A stretch of DNA of 64,000 nt, taken from the NCBI GenBank assembly GCA_037447605.1, contig CM074809.1, positions 1,478,689 through 1,542,688 on the forward strand, read 5' to 3'. Each line of letters starts with the position of its first letter. Position 1 is the stretch's first letter. This stretch comes from Zygnema circumcarinatum SAG 698-1b (lineage: Eukaryota; Plantae; Zygnematophyceae). The notes under the pieces are model-generated. The model saw only the letters and a program-made list of their open reading frames with translations. It made no database searches and was not told the origin of the DNA. Shown here one piece after another: positions 49,901-62,847 of the stretch. The position numbers and the translations under genes were made by a program.

Positions 49901-52900
49901 TTGCCAAAACCACCGACGCTTTACTTAGCATCTGCTAACGTTAATCTGCAGCAACAACATGTTTTTCTACTGTAAAAAGGCGGACTCTCGTTCATACCTG
50001 CAGAGAGTCGACTCCATAATGCTCTGCTAAGGACAGTGCATGCGATAGCATGTCGGGGACGCCTAAATGGTGCGACCCCACCAGAGAGAGTATCATGGTT
50101 TCCATGTAGGGCTTGTCCCGGGCTGCAAAGCGGTGGGGGTCTGCTTCAGGTAGCACCTCTTGTAGCAGGCGAGCATCATCCGACGCACGAAGCTTTGTTT
50201 CTGCTTGCCGAGCCTTCTCCACCCACTCTGCTGCACCTTCTGCTGCCCCCATAGGTACATCTCTCAGAATGTACTCACTCTTTCACAGAACAGGGTTTAA
50301 ACTAACGTATTAACAGATTAAGAAAAGGAGTAAAGAACTTACCCTGATCCAAAACTCCCTCCTCAGACGCCCTTGCAAGCTGCTGTGCAAGCTCCAATGG
50401 AGATGCTTGCAGTAGCTGCTGAGCTTGCCATGGCTGAATACCTGTCGGCTGCAGCAGTAAGGCCTGCACTGCACAATGGTAAAGGCTCATGGCCAAGGCT
50501 CTACGGGAGGCACTGTGTTCCTTTCTCCTTTCCATCTCCATCTCCAGCAGTGCTGCTGCCTCCCCTGCATCTGCTGCATGCAGGGCATATCCAAGCCCCA
50601 CGGAGTCTCCATCCCTGCCCTCCCCATAACGTAAACCTTCACCCATGGCTGCCTTCGCCATATCAATAAGCAGTCTGTCTGCAGGTGCCACTTGAAAGCT
50701 TGCTAACGTATGGAGAACTACAGAAGCAATCTGCCCACGCATCACTTCAGATGCTGGGTTCGTATCTTCCGGGGGGTAGCTTGCCAGCAGCCATGGCAGA
50801 TGCAGGCAAGCAAAAACTAGAAGCTCCTTCGGAGCTGTATGCAAAGACCATTTCCGTTCCTTATCCACGTCTCCACTGACCTGCGACAAAGCCACCTGCC
50901 CTATCTCCAACCTATCCTCAACCTCATCTCCTCCTCCCAAATGCTTGATGCCCCCACAAATTGCTGCCAAAAGCTGTTCCTCATCCTTCAAAGTGGGTAC
51001 CGCCACAGCCGCTACAAGCCCAAGCTCCCCACAGCGCTCTGCTGTGTCCGTACCGCTCCATGCTCGCAGAAGGGGAAGAAGAGACTCTTCGTCGCAGTGG
51101 GCGAGTGCGAATCCGAGCAGCTTTGCCCTTATGCTAAGGGGAAGGCCGGCCTCCTCAGGGCCCCTTCCCAGAGCTGCACAAAGGTCCCAAATGTCGCCAT
51201 GGCGGCGCTGCAGAAGTTGGAGGCAAAGGGTTCGGGCAAGTTCTGTTTCGCCTTGGCCAGCTGCATGCCGTGCAACTGCTGCTAAAACTGCGGAGTCATT
51301 TTCAAGGCCTATTTGTCGGGCAAGTTTGAGGATGGCTGGGGGGTCAAGGAATGCAGTGGGTGAGGCAGTGAGGACATGTGCGATGAGGGCCATAGGGCTG
51401 CCCATTTGGCGAACTTGCAGAGGGAGAAGCTCTACCCCCATGTTGGGCAGAGTATCTACGATTGCAGAGACAAGTTCTGCCTCTTGGCAGGCAATTGCAC
51501 TGTCAGGGATGAGTGCGAGGCACTGTCGAGCTCGTTCCACCTGCAGCATTTGCATGTCAGACGTGTTAAACATTGAAAACAGATACCATGTCGTTTCCCC
51601 ACTTGACAGCAAACCCTTCTGCAGACTTTTTCTACCAGCAGCACTGACCACGACGGAGCTCTCACATCTGCAGAAGTGTGACTCGTTGATGAGTAAAACC
51701 AATGGCGTGCAGCCTCTATCACAAGTTGCTCGGACTCCTCCCCTGCAAGCTGCTTCAGAGGCCCTCCCGCTGCTTCAAAGCAGCCTGCATGCAGCAGCCC
51801 CCTGCAGTACTCTGCAAGCAACTGCTCCCGCAACAGGAACGGAAATCCCTCTGTCTGAAGGGAGCAGAGTGCCCCCCACAGCTGCCCCCACTCTCCCTCT
51901 GAGGGAGGGGGTTGCCGTCTGCTGAACCCTGCAAGCAGCCTTCGTAGCAGATCCTTGGCAGCCGCCACATCTCTCCGAGCAGCCAACTGCAGAAAAAATG
52001 CCATGGGCTGGGCCACCTGCAGGATGACTCCTGTACGGCATTCAGATAACTGATGGAGGAATAGAATCCAAAACCAGAGACGTAGGATAGCATCAAAGTG
52101 ACCACTTACATGATACTTAGACAAGAGCTTTGCTGCTCGAAGATGTCCAGATGCAATGATGACTCTCTGATGAATATCACTATGAGTCTCCATTGCCTCC
52201 TCCCCTGCTGCTGCTCCGGTCAGTTGGGCTTCCATCGGAAGTTGTTGAGCCCTTCGATGCAATGCAGAACGTAGCCCCCTTGGCGAACCCCTATTTTCTC
52301 CAGGGGCACTCGCAGCAGTGCGTGTGAGAGTTAGCAGCACAGCAAGCAGCTCATCCACCTGCTTCCAATGGTCTACAGAGGGGAATGCATAGCAGCAGCG
52401 GAGCCCAATCTCCATCACATCCTCTGCGTTCATTCCGAGCCTGTCCCAACCCTGCCCTTTCAGCACAGCGGTGCACACTTCAAGCTTACCCTCCCTCGCC
52501 CGCTCGTCCAACCACCGAGAGAGGAGAGCTGAGCTGCTCCTCTCCGTGCTCGAACTCGGCAGTTTGCGAGACCACCGAAGAAGTAATGGAAGGGCACGTT
52601 CGTGAAGGCGCTCTCCCACATCCTCCGCATTCGCCCCCTCTAGAAGGAGCTCAAACCGAGAGTAGACACCCATACCTTGCCAACGTTGCCAGGTGAGATT
52701 AGGGGCACCTCCATACACAGCTGCGTGCATATCCGCCATGTCTTCAAGGAGGGGTGTGAGTGAGACCATCCCTCGCTGCACCCCCAAATCGAGTAACCCC
52801 ACACTGTGCTCCAACCGCCCTGTTTGCTCCTCTATGACTGCAGCCCTCCGTCGATACCACTCTTCCACTTCAGAGGGAGAGGGCCATAGCAATCCTTGCC

Positions 52901-55900
52901 CGAGACGGACGAGCTCTTCAGTGCAAACTTGCAGAGGGACTGCCTCCCGTCTCTCTGCCTCCCTCGGAGAAGCGGAAATGGGGCCCTTGCTTCCTCTGCC
53001 TGCAGCTATGGCTTCTAGAGTAGTAGTGCTCTCTACCCAGTCCGTTCGCCTTACAGTAGCAAGGGATGGGGGGGTTGGGCCGGGGAGAAGAGTTTGAAAG
53101 CTCTTAGGAGGGAGGAGTTCTGGCAGAGAGTCCAAAAGCGTGAGGAGACAAGGGGCCAAACTATGGGTGTGCCGCCTTAGAAGCAGGTCTAAGGCAGCAC
53201 ATTTGCCTGCCTGCGCCATGAGAAGTGCAATTGCCAACAGACTTTCGTCGCGAAAGTTGTAGTAGTCGGCAGGGACGAATCTGACAGTCGACATGCACAG
53301 GCAGGAGTGTCTGAGAGAGGGAAACATGCCCAAGTCGAGCTGTGACAGCCATAGAATTCAATCAAAACTGAAAGCGACCAAGTTCTTTACATGAATTTCC
53401 GAATGTCAGCCACTGCATGCCTTTTGGCAGAATCACCTGCCCATGGAGACCGCCATGTATGTCTCCAGTCGCTCCCGATATTGCAGCAGCCGAAGCCTTT
53501 GCCTGCGAAACCACCATAGCCGTTCTTCCGCCTCCTCCCCCATCAACCCCTCTCTGATCAGCGCTATATCGCTGCTCCCTTGCTCTATGAACTGCTGAGT
53601 TTCCTGCAGCCCATAGTGTAGCAAAGCAGCCGCAGCTTCAGCAGTTCGAGGTCCATGACCAAGACACTCTTCCAGCAACCACCCTAAGTCGTGCACCCTC
53701 ATAAGGTTGTCGCGGATGCTATGTCTCCCGCAGTCGGATAGACGCCACCTTTCCTTGTATACAACATCTGAATCGAGACCATAAGCGGCAGCTAAGGTCA
53801 GAGCCGCCCCATACTCCTGCTCAGCCAAATGGATTTTCATCATCTCTTCGGGGCTGCGTTGAACGAGTGACACAAGCCTCCACCCGTGAAATGCAGATTC
53901 ATCATCTGGGGAGTAATCATCACTTCCTTCCCTACGGCTACCAGAGGCGTAAGCCGTGCCTAGCAGCCATGGCAGCAGGCTTGTAGATTCACTAGGGGAA
54001 GCAGTAATACCTTCGTTTTCCTGCCCACCCTGTGCACACAGTTGCGTCTCCAACACAAGCAAGCAGCCATTGCCAGCCCAACATAGACGGGGCTCAGCCT
54101 CAAAGAGCTCTGGGCGTGATCCTAACAAACTGAACCCTTCAGGAACAGTCTGCAGGGCCACTTGCCCCCCCTTCAGTGCTACTGCCAAAGCCTCCTCTCC
54201 CCACCATGCCACATCCACTGCTTCCTCTACCTTCAGAGACACTCCCTCCTCCGGCCCTTTCCAGGGAACTGCATGGAAGCTCCAAGCATCGGAGTTTTGC
54301 AGCTGCCAAACATGCACTTTCCCAAGTTCATCTACTACAGCCAAGCCTTGGCCTCCTGGGGAAAACCTGCTCACTGGAGGAGACCCGTCCAGCAGAACAT
54401 CCTTACCAAGTGTGCGGTTTGGCCCGCTTATTGCACTGACGCAAAGAAGGTTACATTTGAACTTGGGGCCATCCTCCAGCTGCCACAGTGAGATAAATGG
54501 CGGCTCTGTCTCCGACCAAAGGCAGTTCACAAGGTTTTGTCTCAGTGGGAAGCAGATGTACTTGAAATGAAATCATCCGGCATCACATCATAAAACTCTT
54601 TTAACTCTCTACGATACATTCCTTCCTTTTTGTGATATCGTACCGATTGTAGGAGAAAATAAAAATTTTGGCGCGTAACATGAAGAAATGTAGGGAATGA
54701 AATGTGGATTGAGACGCGTTGCTAGTCTAAACAGTGGCTCTCATACCTGCAGATGCTGTGGGGCCCACCACCGCGAGCAGGGCCTTTTGGGGGTGAAACG
54801 CAACACAAGACACAGGTCTTCTATGCTGCCATCTGAGCGAGACTGAAGCCTCTTTGCTCGCAGAGTCTCCAATTGGTAGCTTGAATAGGGTAGCATTCTT
54901 GCTCACCAGAAGCACTTCATGGCTGCGCACAACCAATGCGCCGGTCATGCCGTAATTCATATGATATGTTAGAAACCTTCAGATTAGCCATTGATCATTC
55001 AAAAGATACAATAGTCAGCTTCATCGATGCCCTGCAATCACTTAGTTGAGACAACACGAAAGCAAAATTCTGCAACTTGATCAAAAGTCGCTTCGCCAAG
55101 AGGTAGTGATGAAGAATGAAAGACCCTGTGATAAGGGACAGAAGTGATGGGGCTAAACTCCCAACGAAGTTGTACATTACAGAGCTAGCCAACTGGGCAC
55201 AAAAAGTAATGTTTCGTCTCGTTTTCCACGACCATTTTCCTCCCTTTTGCTAGGAATATTCTCTTAACTTTATAGAAAAGAAATTGGTTTAAAATTTCGA
55301 CAACCATTTTTTCAAGTATGTCTACAGACATTACCTAAGACCACAACGTTATCCTCATATTGTTGCCATCATTTGTCAGACATAGAGCTTTAAGCACTAC
55401 ATCCATAGGGACTTGTTGTTGCTGAACTTCCTAAGTAACCCCTTTCTCCTGCTCCATTATCGTCACTATTGACAATAAGGCCATGATTCTAATGCTAGAG
55501 CAAGTTCGACCGGACTGATTATTCCATAATTCCCTCAATCTTGTGGTTGGCTTCTCTCACCTTCTAACCGAACTTGTCCCTGGTCTTTTCCGAATAGCAA
55601 GGCCTACCACCACCCCTTCTTTGCGCCATTCTCGGCGGGGAATCGTTTGTATCAGTTGTGCATTCTTGTCTAAAACATGCACCGCTCCTTTCGCAGGATT
55701 GAACACGGCCAATAGGCTTCCATCTTCGCTCCATGTAGCGTGCTGCAAGGCTGCCCTTGACCCCTCTGCCTGCGGCTCTGCCACACGCCGTATGACCTCA
55801 GTTAACAGGATGGACTTTACTGAGCGAACAAGTGCCTGCTCTTCAACCTTCGACAGTTTCACTTGCTTGACATCTGACTAGTCAGTACTCTGTTTGAAAT

Positions 55901-56645
55901 CAGTCTGAGTTTAACATTTTAGCCGCCAAGAGAGGTGAGGGAAGCACCAGAAAACACGCCCGCCACGTCTTCAAAGTTGCTTGAGCTCTCGAGCACCGTC
56001 AAGGTGGCGCCAAAAACGACAGCCGCTCGCTGCCCATCCGCCGACACCGCGAGGCTCCGCCTCGCAGTTGCCGGAAGTGCAGGGGATACCGCCGCGTTCC
56101 GGCGCCAAGACCGCCATCCTCCTGCACCGGGGAAGATGCACCGCAGCGTTTCCAAGTCTGTCCTTTAGTTTATCGGCTCAAAACGAGCATTAAAGTTGCA
56201 TGTCTCTGACCTTCACAACCAAATCCTGTACTGCAACGAGCCCCTGGGATGAAACTCGAACTTTAATACCTTCACATATCTCGATCAAAACAGAGATAAA
56301 ATTGCACATTAGCCCCAAATGCGGAGCAGAAATTGGCGAGAAACTCACCACGGCGCGAGGAACTTGAGCCTTGCGGTGAACTGACCCTTCCAACTGCCTG
56401 CTCCCCCCTAGCCCGAATTCCTGCACGCATCAGATGCGAATCGTTCAAGCTGCAGCGATGGGAGTGCTCACTTGCCAAATAAAACGAATTCCAGAGGAGC
56501 TCACCTCCTGAAGAGATTCCTGGACGGAGGCCAACTCAAACTTCTCGTAAAGAATGGGCAGAAGAGACGCCCCGCCGTCCTCAGGGACGCGGAAGAAGGG
56601 CGGGGCCGCCATGGCGGGATGGGGAGGAAGCAGCTCGCCCGCCAT
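46949..56645 (-). CDS. MIP2: MAG2-interacting protein 2 / NBAS (Sec39-domain ER tethering subunit)
   Basis: Collinear large exons: N-terminal beta-propeller-like segments (PILYEKF, ATWSEDGSLLAV, CVAFHPQKALLAVVG, DVAWWGEEALAV); LVSLVQRSPEEM...EYGAALTLA; central YYNFRD...RRHTHSLAP...LLDSLPE and helical repeats; terminal exon 49891-46949 with WGDGW...HPLHRCW. Well over 2000 aa in total. First exon 56645-56505. Confidence 0.85.
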
Positions 56646-56671
56646 GGCACTCACCCGGCCAGGCGCGGAGC

Positions 56672-56681
56672 GCCACGTGGC
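56672..56681. promoter_or_regulatory. Perfect G-box palindrome 27 bp upstream of the MIP2 ATG
   Basis: GCCACGTGGC seen directly. Confidence 0.4.
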
Positions 56682-58266
56682 GGAGGGCGCTTTGGCGGAC
56701 ACGCGTCGCGACGACCTTTCATGAAGCTCCAACCGACACCTCCCGTTCCATGGCACCCGACGCTGTTCCGTTGAACGCGATTACAACTGAACTTTAAGTG
56801 TGCTCCGTTCTCCAGCGGCGGTATATGCACTTGTAAGCCAAAGCCTTCATGGCCCAACTGGGTTCAACTTGTTTCCCATTTGGTGGGGCCCACGGGAAGA
56901 TGGGGTTCTCCCCCCTCCGCCCAAGCGGCCATGGCCGTGGCCGTGTGCAGCTCACCGGCCACGCGCAGCAACAATCTGTTGAGCATCTTCGGAGGATAAT
57001 TCCGAGGTCGGGCCCTATCGAAAGTTGGCTCACAGAACCTAACTCAGGTCCCTTTCTCTCTTCCAGTCTAGCATTGAGTCATACAGCGGATCTGCATTCT
57101 TTGGAGCAGGCTGACGGCGGCAGATTAAAGAGAGGCACAATCATCTGGCGAGGTCACCTTGCGCCCTTTGTGGGAATTTGAAAGGATCGAGTGTGCAGCG
57201 CTGGGCTCGCCTATTGAGCATTGCATTGGAAGGCCCGACCAAGAAGATCAGACCCGCAACCGAAGGAGTGAGTGCAAGGGCCGCTGCCTCAAAGGCAGGC
57301 CCTTGCCTCCGGCTCTGGCTAGAAGTCTCCCGTTTCTAGAAGAGGCGCCTTTGTTGCGTCGGGAGTGAACCCGAATATGATGGGCACGCCTAACTCAAAA
57401 AGGTGCGGCTTTGTAATTGTGGCGATGACGCTAGTTACTGAGGAAAAGGCAGTTGCATTTGGTCACGAAAGACGTGGTCCTTTTGTTCTTCACGTACGGA
57501 AAAAGTCCGAACACTAGGATGAAACTCTTTTCGGGTGAAGGGCTTACTGGGGAAGCGTTTGAGAAAGCGAGATTGATTAAATTGGTCAGAGATAGATTCT
57601 TGAGTTTGGAAAGGAAATGCAGGCGCACACTTTCTTCTAGCAGATTTGCATTCGAATGAACTTGAGGATTGCATTGCTTCTTTAAACATTTGGGAAAACC
57701 TAACAGCTACAAGCGGATATCTGGCGACTTCCTACTGTTTCACAACGCCATGATCAAAGTCTAAAACAACGTCAAAACTGCAAATTTTCGTATCAGAGGT
57801 CCCATAGCAATGATGAAAAGTAAAGACGTAAGCGAACTAGTAGTTGCTATAAAGACGATGGAAAAGGCAGGTCCTTCGATTGGAAAAAATCATCACCTAA
57901 ACGACCCCCTCACCCAAATAAACTCTGTTATTCACCATGTTTAATCAAACCTAATATTTTATCGGCACTCCACTGTAATCACGCCACGCTAACTTTCCTT
58001 CCTTGCGCCGAGACGAATCGCAAGCGGACCTCGTATGTCACGTGCAGTCACCCCCACACACCCTCCTCAATCGCAATCTGATAACTAGCCCATCGAGACT
58101 ACATACTACCATATAGTAGTCTGTCCTTAGGATTGCCCACCAACATACAGTACGAAAACCGCTCTGCATTCAACCCGCGCCCCTCAAACGCTCTCGCATT
58201 CATGTGCCACCACCTCCGCCTCCTCCTCCTCCTCCGCCGGCCCATGCAGCGACATGCTGCGCCCCA

Positions 58267-58528
58267 CTACATGGCCTCTGCGAGCGCCTCAACGGCTTGA
58301 GGCCACGAGTAGGCGTTGCGGTCGCTGTAGAAGCTGCGCTCCGCCAAGATGGCGTACGCCTTCTGCGTGACGTGCCCCGCGTCCCAATACGCGTACCCGG
58401 ACTGGTCCGGGCACAGCGTCGCGCCGGGCCGCCCGCACATCACGTCGCCGTTGAAGAGCCCCCCCCCGCAGCACGCAGTGTACGCGATCGAGAAGCCTGC
58501 GCGCGCGTGGTTCCAATGCACCACTCGT

Positions 58529-58602
<74 letters not shown>

Positions 58603-58752
58603 GAGACAAACTTGCTGGCAATTGATCGTTTTCGCCAGACAGAGAGAGAGAGAGAGAGAGAGGTGAGACAAACTTGCTGGCAATTGATCGTTTTTTCCAG
58701 AAAGAGAGAGAGAGAGAGGTGAGACAAACTTGCTGGCAATTGATCGTTTTCG

Positions 58753-58790
<38 letters not shown>

Positions 58791-58884
58791 GAGACAAACT
58801 TGCTGGCGATTGATCGTTTTCGCCAGACAGAGAGAGAGAGAGAGAGAGAGGTGAGACAAACTTGCTGGAAATTGATCGTTTTCG

Positions 58885-58932
<48 letters not shown>

Positions 58933-61638
58933 TGGGAGGGAGCGGCTATCATGACAGAGGCAAAAAAAAAAACAGGTGATAACTGCTCTGCTGCTTGGGC
59001 GGAATATGGTGTTGCGGCTCACCGAAGGTCTCAGGATGTGTGGATAAGTCAGAAGTGAAGTTCTGAATGCCGAGAACTGTGATGTTGACGTCGGTCAAGG
59101 CGCTATGTATATCGAGCGCTGCCCTAAGGGCCGTGTTGTGGATCGTACTGATTGCGTTCAGAACGGAGAAGCAGGAGGGATTGGTCAGCGACGTATTTAC
59201 GTAGGCTAATACTCCCGGTACGCAGCCAAGAGAAGGTATCTCAGTCACGACAAACTTTCTTGCACCTTTTTGTTGTAGAAACTGCAAAGGATGGCCATAT
59301 AGCAATACATTCAAAAGTTGGCATCCAAGCCACAAGTTGAACTGGAGAAGCAAAAATAATCATTTTCTCGAGTGCCATTCATCTCACGACAGAAAACCAT
59401 TGAAGGAGGTGATTTCTCTGCAGAAAAATGGAAGGGAGCGTGGTATGTTCCAAGGAGCGAAGGATTGCACGAGGGAAAAATATCACCTGTATGGCCCTCA
59501 CTATGCCCTCCACCACCTGCTCAACGATTCCGAATAAAATGGTAGGTTCGTTTTCTATAGCTTCCCCATTAGTAAAGTAGTCGTTGGAGCCAATTGAAAG
59601 TAAGAACAGACTGTCGGCGATCACCTGAAAGCCACACACGTTTCAATCATTATGGAACACACGATGCGGTGTTGGCTCTTGAAATCTACAACCAAATATA
59701 GCCGTCTCCCCCACGTACAGTGGCTTTCAGCGTCACGCTCACCTCACGCGAGTACTTCCCAACCACGTTGGCAAACGAGGACAACTGTGAATCGAGCGAG
59801 AAGCAGCAAGTATCCTGCAGGCATGCAGTTTCAATCGTTCAAACCCATGCAGCTTTGATCAGGATATTGTGATAGTGGCTGGATACGCTAAAAACGAGGC
59901 AGCGTAGGCAAAATTCTCCACAGGGCACATTCCATGACTTAAAGACTGTACGGAGAGAAAACGAAATGAGGCGCTCACTCCATTACAATTTGTTGAATTG
60001 AAAACGCCTGCTCCTGCTGAACCATAGTTTATGCCATATGTGAAGTCGGAGGTCAGGCTGGTGAATGGGGGTGCCGTAGGGATGCCAGCGAAATCAGCTG
60101 CATTATCAACCAAGAGAGGAGATTGCAGAAAATTAAAATTCCGTTGATGTAACTTAGCCGTATGCGCTCAGCAGAAATGCTGCAATTACTTAGCACTATG
60201 CGAAGTTCGAAATGCCGCATTCAATCCGTGAGACTCACCCCAGTAGTCTACTAGAATTTTGCCATCCGAGAATCGGCCACTTGCCAGGATGTACTCTTTT
60301 CCGTATGGAGGGTAGTTCGCCCTGATTGCGTTGACATCCTGGAGAAAATTATTCGCTCCTGCGTCCGATGCAATTTCAAACGTAGCAAGCCGATGCCAAC
60401 AAACAAAGCAGGAGAGGCGACAGAGGAAAATGGAGCATAATGAGTAAACGATTTGAAATATGACAATGGCAGTTCAATCAAGGCTAAAGGGTTTAATTGT
60501 GCCCTCACCAACATCGACGGTGCTATCACCGAAGGTGAACATGGCCGGAAAAACAGGGGTTGTCCGTTTGGGACGGTTTGTAGAGTTTCCAGCAAGGAAC
60601 CGGCGCCGATTTCGACAGGGAGACCCCGAAGTGCCCGTTTGGAAAACCACACAGCGGCGAGATTCTGGGTACATTTCTTGGTTCTCATCTCCAGGGGTGA
60701 GATGCAGCGTTCCTATGTGAAGATTCAACAAAGGGAGACTGATACATAGGTCTCCGAGTTCTCTCTTGAGATGCTGCAAAAACATATTAACTCCATTTAG
60801 GAGGTTACACAGTACGTGTTCACTGTGTTTCTCGATTAACTGAAATGAATCGCACAATTCTAGCCACCTCTGACGGAGTTGAATGGTTTTTTCCCAAGTT
60901 ACGCGTTGTGATTCCAGTTACTTATGTCTTTCATGAACATGAACGCAACCTCATCACCTGTTGAGTACCGAGTCCTGAAGTGGATGAATTTATCACTTGA
61001 AAATCGCTAACGTGAACCTGTGCCGGTTGTCCCTCCACCCAGAATTGGTGGTTTGGGATCGGAAGGCCTTGCGATCTTCCACACATCTCTTGCACATCTC
61101 CTGTTCCAGACTGCCTCACCCATACTCGAGTGCCGCTCGTTCGGTCGATCACAAAAGGGCCCACCCCGCTCCCTCCTGTCGTATTAAGACTGCTTGACCA
61201 CAATGTGACAAAGAAAACCCATTCGCAAGCATATTAGTAAGCATCTCAGCCCGAAGGAGAGACAAATTGGAAAAGTGGACAAGATGCGAGCTCTCAGAGT
61301 TTCCTCGAAATGCATATCATTGGCTGGGAACGTTCTAAGGGGTGTGAATCTGCAATTTCATGCCTTTAAGATAGAATCAAATAATCCAATGTGCTTCATC
61401 AGAAATTTTTAAGACAGATTGAGCAATTCGGAACCAACTTGATGACAGGCGTTGTGTCTGCGAATCCTTCAAACACGAAGTCACAAGTTTCTGCCGGACT
61501 TCTTCCGCAAAGAGGGTCACTATCTCCCCCAAAAAGTGGCCTCCTCCAAATCTCTCCAGCTGCAGCTGCTTCCACGAAAAGGAGCACGACTGAAAGCCTA
61601 ACCAAGAGCAGTAGTTTCCGCATACGCTCCTTATCCAT
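58267..61638 (-). CDS. Secreted GDSL (SGNH) esterase/lipase with an extra N-terminal domain, 8 exons
   Basis: Signal peptide MRKLLLLVRLSVVLLFVEAAAA. Exons 61638-61439, 61189-60969, 60712-60509 and 60358-60239 are phase-consistent and lead to block I FTFGDSTVDVG, ANYPPYG, GRFSDG, block II GINYGSAGAG, block III SIGSNDY, GARKFVV..LGCVP, CCG, and block V YWDAGH in the last exon 58496-58267. Confidence 0.9.
58530..58928. repeat. Composite minisatellite: five 38-bp units separated by variable (GA)n tracts, in the last GDSL intron
   Basis: Unit GTGAGACAAACTTGCTGGCAATTGATCGTTTTCGCCAG at 58601, 58663, 58719, 58789, 58851. Confidence 0.95.
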
Positions 61639-62146
61639 GGCGTCCAGACACCAACCCAGCTGCCACGTCTGCCAAAGACCACCTGATCCGAGGTCTGTGC
61701 AGCTTCTAGGTAGGCATTCTGAAGAGTGCCTGAAACCTCTTTAACCAGGGAAGTAGCCGATGTCCCTAACGAGCTCTGTCGGAGCAGCAGAGGGGGGGCC
61801 GGGTCTCGGCTGGCGCGATTGCATGGGCCTGCAAGGACCGACGTCGAATTGTTACCAATCGAACGGCTGGCGGACGGCCGTCGGATTGGTGACGGACGGC
61901 CAGACGTACGGATGGTCGGATGTACATAAGGACGGACGGACGGACGCACTGACTTACACTGGCATGTACGGTCAGTTTGAAAGCGATGTTGAACGGAAGC
62001 CTAAACGGAGCACATGTAAATGGAGTTTTTATCTCGCTTTGGATTAGACTGGGACATGTCAGACTTAACAAAATCTTGCGGAAGGAAAAGCTACTGAAGA
62101 AGTACTCCGCTGCAAGCGTATCGCGATGTCACCGGAGTACTCGGAC

Positions 62147-62507
62147 GCACGGACGGACGGACAGACGGACGGACGTATGAAAGTACGGACGGACAGCCTT
62201 GCGTACGGATGAACGGACGGACGGACGAACGGATGGACAGATTGACGGACGGACGGATGTACGGACGGACGCAAGGACGGACGGGCGGACGGCCATACGG
62301 ACGGACGGACGGATGTACGGACGGACGGACGAACGCAAGGACGGACGGACGGACGGATGTACGGACGGACGGATGTACGGACGGACGGACGAACGCAAGG
62401 ACGGACGGACGGACGGACGGACGGACGGACGGACGGACGGACGGACGGACGGACGATTGAACGGAAGAACGGACGGATGGACGGACGGACGGACGGACGG
62501 ACGGGCG
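62147..62507. repeat. Degenerate (GGAC)n satellite with a higher-order repeat
   Basis: GGAC runs with interspersed GGATGTAC and GAACGCAAGG variants. The 40-bp blocks at 62301-62340 and 62361-62400 are identical. Confidence 0.95.
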
Positions 62508-62847
62508 GTGACGCGCGTCGCGACAGCTGCCCGGCCCGGCCCGGCCTGAAGGAAGTGTTGAGAATCCGACATTCTCAGTTTTGTCGTACTATTTTGTCGT
62601 TTTCCCAGCCACGTGTACTTACACCTGGCTGTGCTTTTAGCTTGTACTTTTCTGTTAGTTTAGTTGTACCTTTGCGGCTGTGTGCTTCACACCCGGCCGC
62701 CCTTGCTCAGGCTAGTTCCACACTCTTTTGTCGCGTAGCTCTAGCCGCAATGTATATAAAACAGATTAGGACATTGTACACTTCACCACGTTAATAACAC
62801 ATCTTTCTTTTGTGTCAACTCTCTCTGTCCTCACTTGTGATCGTACA

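Noticed and set aside
47003-54570. Plus-strand ORFs overlapping MIP2 (e.g. 50945-51925, 326 aa)
   Set aside because: Antisense shadows of long GC-rich coding exons.
57431-57689. Short ORFs upstream of MIP2
   Set aside because: Under 90 aa with no motif and no supporting splice structure.
58601-58890. CRISPR array interpretation of the 38-bp palindromic repeats
   Set aside because: The spacers are only (GA)n with no unique sequence, there are no cas genes, and the context is a eukaryotic intron.
58204-59022. RERERE / SLSLSL ORFs
   Set aside because: Artefacts of the (GA)n composite repeat in a GDSL intron.
62129-62794. TDGR / RPSV repeat ORFs
   Set aside because: Translations of the (GGAC)n satellite.
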